This document shows positions 59,801 to 64,000 of a DNA stretch of 64,000 nucleotides, in pieces. This stretch comes from Macrostomum lignano (Eukaryota), in NCBI GenBank assembly GCA_002269645.1, contig NIVC01001129.1, positions 1 to 64,000 on the forward strand, read 5' to 3'. The stretch's first letter is position 1, and each line of letters starts with the position of its first letter. The notes below the pieces were generated by a model. It was not told where the DNA came from. It ran no database searches and saw nothing but the letters and a program-made list of their open reading frames with translations. A program made the translations under genes and the position numbers.

Positions 59801-62800
59801 TCAGACCGGAGACACCGCCCCAGCGAAGCCGTTGCCGTCAAGTCGATGGTCAGTGTCGGAGTCGTCATCCTCGCTGCTGTCGCCTTCTTCCAGCAGGCTG
59901 CGGCTCAACTCGCTAGGCGGTCGCCGATTATTGGACGAAGCTCCGCGTCCACCGCTGACGCCGCCGCCGCTCAGCCTGGACAGGACGCTGCGAAGGGAGA
60001 GGCGGCCAGAGTTGCGGTCGATTCGGGCGCCGCCGGAGCCGCTGGCGTTGGCGGATGTTGATTGGCGGAAATGCTCGGAACCGCGGAACACCTGCTTAGA
60101 GTGGGGTTCGGACACTTTTTTGTGGTGCGCTAGTGTCTGTAATGGCACTCTAGTGTCTGCACTGTCACTCTAGTGTCTGCACTGTCACTCTAGTGTCTGC
60201 ACTGTCACTCTAGTGTCTGCAATGGCACTCGAGTGTCTGCAATGGCACTCGAGTGTCTGCAATGGCACTCGAGTGTCTGCAATGGCACTCTAGTGTCTGC
60301 ACTGTCACTCTAGTGTCTGCGATGTCACTCTAGTGTCTGCAATGGCACTCTAGTGTCTGCAATGTCACTCTAGTGTCTGCACTGTCACTCTAGTGTCTGC
60401 AATGTCACTCTAGTGTCTGCACTGTCACTCTAGTGTCTGCAATGGCACTCAAGTGTCTGCACTGTCACTCTATTGTCTGCACTGTCACTCTAGTGTCTGC
60501 ACTGTCACTCTAGTGTCTGCACTGTCACTCTAGTGCCTGCACTGTCACTCTAGTGTCTGCACAGTCACTCTAGTGTCTGCAATGTCACTCTAGTGTCTGC
60601 ACTGTCACTCTAGTGTCTGCAATGTCACTCTAGTGTCTGCACTGTCACTCTAGTGTCTGCACTGTCACTCTAGTGTCTGCACTGTCACTCTAGTGTCTGC
60701 AATGTCACTCTAGTGTCTGCAATGGCACTCAAGTGTCTGCACTGTCACTCTATTGTCTGCACTGTCACTCTAGTGTCTGCACTGTCACTCTAGTGTCTGC
60801 ACTGTCACTCTAGTGCCTGCACTGTCACTCTAGTGTCTGCACAGTCACTCTAGTGTCTGCAATGTCACTCTAGTGTCTGCACTGTCACTCTAGTGTCTGC
60901 AATGGCACTCAAGTGTCTGCACTGTCACTCTATTGTCTGCACTGTCACTCTAGTGTCTGCACTGTCACTCTAGTGTCTGCACTGTCACTCTAGTGCCTGC
61001 ACTGTCACTCTAGTGTCTGCACAGTCACTCTAGTGTCTGCAATGTCACTCTAGTGTCTGCACTGTCACTCTAGTGTCTGCAATGTCACTCTAGTGTCTGC
61101 ACTGTCACTCTAGTGTCTGCACTGTCACTCTAGTGTCTGCACTGTCACTCTAGTGTCTGCAATGTCACTCTAGTAGTGTCTGCACTGTCACTCTAGTGTC
61201 TGCACTGTCACTCTAGTGTCTGCAATGTCACTCTAGTGTCTGCACTGTCACTCTAGTGTCTGCAATGTCACTCTAGTGTCTGCACTGTCACTCTAGTGTC
61301 TGCAATGTCACTCTAGTGTCTGCACTGTCACTCTAGTGTCTGCAATGGCACTCTAGTGTCTGCACTGTCACTCTAGTGTCTGCACTGTCACTCTAGTGTC
61401 TGCAATGTCACGCTAGTGTCTGCAATGGCACTCTAGTGTCTGCACTGTCACTCTAGTGTCTGCACTGTCACTCTAGTGTCTGCACTGTCACTCTAGTGTC
61501 TGCAATGTCACTCTAGTAGTGTCTGCACTGTCACTCTAGTGTCTGCACTGTCACTCTAGTGTCTGCACTGTCACTCTAGTGTCTGCACTGTCACTCTAGT
61601 GTCTGCACTGTCACTCTAGTGTCTGCACTGTCACTCTAGTGTCTGCAATGTCACGCTAGTGTCTGCAATGGCACTCTAGTGTCTGCACTGTCACTCTAGT
61701 GTCTGCAATGTCACTCTAGTGTCTGCACTGTCACTCTAGTGTCTGCAATGTCACTCTAGTAGTGTCTGCACTGTCACTCTAGTGTCTGCACTGTCACTCT
61801 AGTGTCTGCAATGTCACTCTAGTGTCTGCACTGTCACTCTAGTGTCTGCAATGTCACTCTAGTAGTGTCTGCACTGTCACTCTAGTGTCTGCACTGTCAC
61901 TCTAGTGTCTGCACAGTCACTCTAGTGTCTGCAATGTCACTCTAGTGTCTGCAATGTCACTCTAGTGTCTGCACTGTCACTCTAGTGTCTGCAATGTCAC
62001 TCTAGTGTCTGCACTGTCACTCTAGTGTCTGCAATGGCACTCTAGTGTCTGCACTGTCACTCTAGTGTCTGCAATGGCACTCTAGTGTCTGCACTGGCAC
62101 TTTAGTGTCTGCACTGTCACTCTAGTGTCTGCAATGTCACGCTAGTGTCTGCAATGGCACTCTAGTGTCTGCACTGTCACTCTAGTGTCTGCACTGTCAC
62201 TCTAGTGTCTGCACTGTCACTCTAGTGTCTGCAATGTCACTCTAGTAGTGTCTGCACTGTCACTCTAGTGTCTGCACTGTCACTCTAGTGTCTGCACTGT
62301 CACTCTAGTGTCTGCAATGTCACTCTAGTGTCTGCAATGTCACTCTAGTGTCTGCAATGGCACTTTAGTGTCTGCAATGGCACTTTAGTGTCTGCACTGT
62401 CACTCTAGTGTCTGCAATGTCACGCTAGTGTCTGCAATGGCACTCTAGTGTCTGCACTGTCACTCTAGTGTCTGCACTGTCACTCTAGTGTCTGAACTGT
62501 CACTCTAGTGTCTGCAATGTCACTCTAGTAGTGTCTGCACTGTCACTCTAGTGTCTGCACTGTCACTCTAGTGTCTGCACTGTCACTCTAGTGTCTGAAA
62601 TGTCACTCTAGTGTCTGCAATGTCACTCTAGTGTCTGCAATGGCACTTTAGTGTCTGCACTGTCACTCTAGTGTCTGCAATGTCACGCTAGTGTCTGCAA
62701 TGGCACTCTAGTGTCTGCACTGTCACTCTAGTGTCTGCACTGTCACTCTAGTGTCTGCACTGTCACTCTAGTGTCTGCACTGTCACTCTAGTGTCTCCAA

Positions 62801-63158
62801 TCAAAATAGCATCGCACCTGGACTTCATCCCGACGCAGCGGCCTGTCGGTGAAACCACCGTCTCTCATGGAGTCTTCCGAAGGCCGTTGCCAGGTGCGCA
62901 GAAGCAGGCTGAGGCCGACTACGCTGACAGAGCTCAATGCCATAGCGGCCGAGGCCATCCAGGGCTTGAGCTCAAGGCCCAGCGGCATAAAAGCGCCTGC
63001 GGCAACTGGTATGCCAATCAAATTGTAGACTGTAGCGGCTAAGAAGTTTAGCCGGATCCGACGAACTGTCACCGTGCTCAGCGAGATTGCGGCGACCACG
63101 TCGAGGAGATTGTTGCGAATGAGGACAACATCGGCAGCTTCAACAGCAACGTCGGTGC
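59801..63158 (-). CDS. ATP7: Copper-transporting P1B-ATPase (ATP7A/B-like), last two exons 63158-62818 and 60091-59801; gene continues beyond window end
   Basis: [28 protein letters not shown]...RRIRLNF...[11 protein letters not shown]...[16 protein letters not shown] (TM7 YN, TM8 MxxSS Cu-ATPase motifs). Phase-0 junction DEVQ|VFRG; tail [14 protein letters not shown]. Confidence 0.93.
60135..62790. repeat. 20-bp minisatellite, ~2.65 kb, filling the last ATP7 intron
   Basis: (ACTGTCACTCTAGTGTCTGC)n. Confidence 0.99.
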
Positions 63159-63174
63159 CTGCAGGAGTTAATCA

Positions 63175-64000
63175 TCGATATCAAACAGTTAATTATATCG
63201 ATACTGAAAGTCAATTATTGGTATTAGGAGAGTAAACTTTCGATATTTAAAGAGTTAATTATCGATTTTAAAACTGTTACGTATCAATATTCAAAAGTCG
63301 ATTTTCATATTGAAAGCGCAATTTTTTTATATTAAAAGAATGATTATCAATATTGAAACAGTTAATTATCGATATTAAATGAGTCAATTATCGATATTAA
63401 AAGTGTTAATTATCGATATTGAGTTAGTTATCGATATTGACAGTTAATTATCGATATTGAAAGAGTTAGTTACCGATATTTAAAGAGTTAGTTATCGATA
63501 TTGAAAGTTAATTATCGATATTGAGTTAGTTATCGATATTGACAGTTAATTATCGATATTGAAAGAGTTAGTTACCGATATTTAAAGAGTTATTTATCGA
63601 TATTGAAAGTTAATTATCGATATTCAAAGTTAATTAACGATATTTAAAGTTAATTATCGATATTAAAAGAATGATTATCAATATTGAAACAGTTTATTAT
63701 CGATATTGAATGAGTCAACTATCGATATTGAAAGTTAATTATCGATATTGAAAGTTAATTATCGATATTGAAAGTTAATTAACGATATTAAAAGAATGAT
63801 AGTTAATTAATTAACTGATAATTAACGATATTTAAAGTTAATTATCGATATTCAAAGTTAATTAAAGTTAATTAATATTAAAATAGTTATCGACACTGAA
63901 AAAGTTAATTATCTATGTTAATAGATCCGGATGGAATGATAAATGGACTCGTTAGTTATTGATATTGAAAGAGTTAGTTATCGATATTGAAAGTTAATTA
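63175..64000. repeat. AT-rich ~20-bp minisatellite in the next ATP7 intron
   Basis: (GTTAATTATCGATATTGAAA)n with variants. Confidence 0.92.

Noticed and set aside
59747-60061. Plus-strand ORF with a signal-peptide-like stretch ([15 protein letters not shown])
   Set aside because: Antisense to the last ATP7 exon, which joins in phase and carries the expected acidic/dileucine tail.

Overview
Eukaryotic (animal) genomic DNA with spliceosomal GT-AG introns; no prokaryotic operons or CRISPR arrays. A Macrostomum-like flatworm origin is my inference, based on the satellite-filled introns and the divergent Wnt. I reconstructed exons by hand and checked intron phases. The window holds: (i) a cluster of four secreted lectin-like genes or gene parts at 2.2-21.3 kb (fucolectin/F5-8C-like plus PAN/Apple domains); (ii) a complete 5-exon Wnt gene (minus, 22996-31940); (iii) a complete 9-exon AP5B1-like gene (minus, 39974-54169); (iv) the last two exons of an ATP7-type copper P1B-ATPase (minus). 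Mobile DNA includes a deleted DIRS/Ngaro-like tyrosine-recombinase element with a SAP-domain ORF, a decayed RTE LINE interrupted by a solo LTR, an internally deleted IR/DR Tc1 element, a hAT-like element, a MITE and tRNA-derived SINE pieces. The most striking feature is architectural. Most introns of the Wnt, AP5B1 and ATP7 genes carry their own private minisatellite. These arrays share short cores (CTGTCACTCT, GGCGCC, TCTAACA), often contain palindromes, and several have exactly 20/30/50-bp units. Most long ORFs in the supplied track are repeat artefacts.
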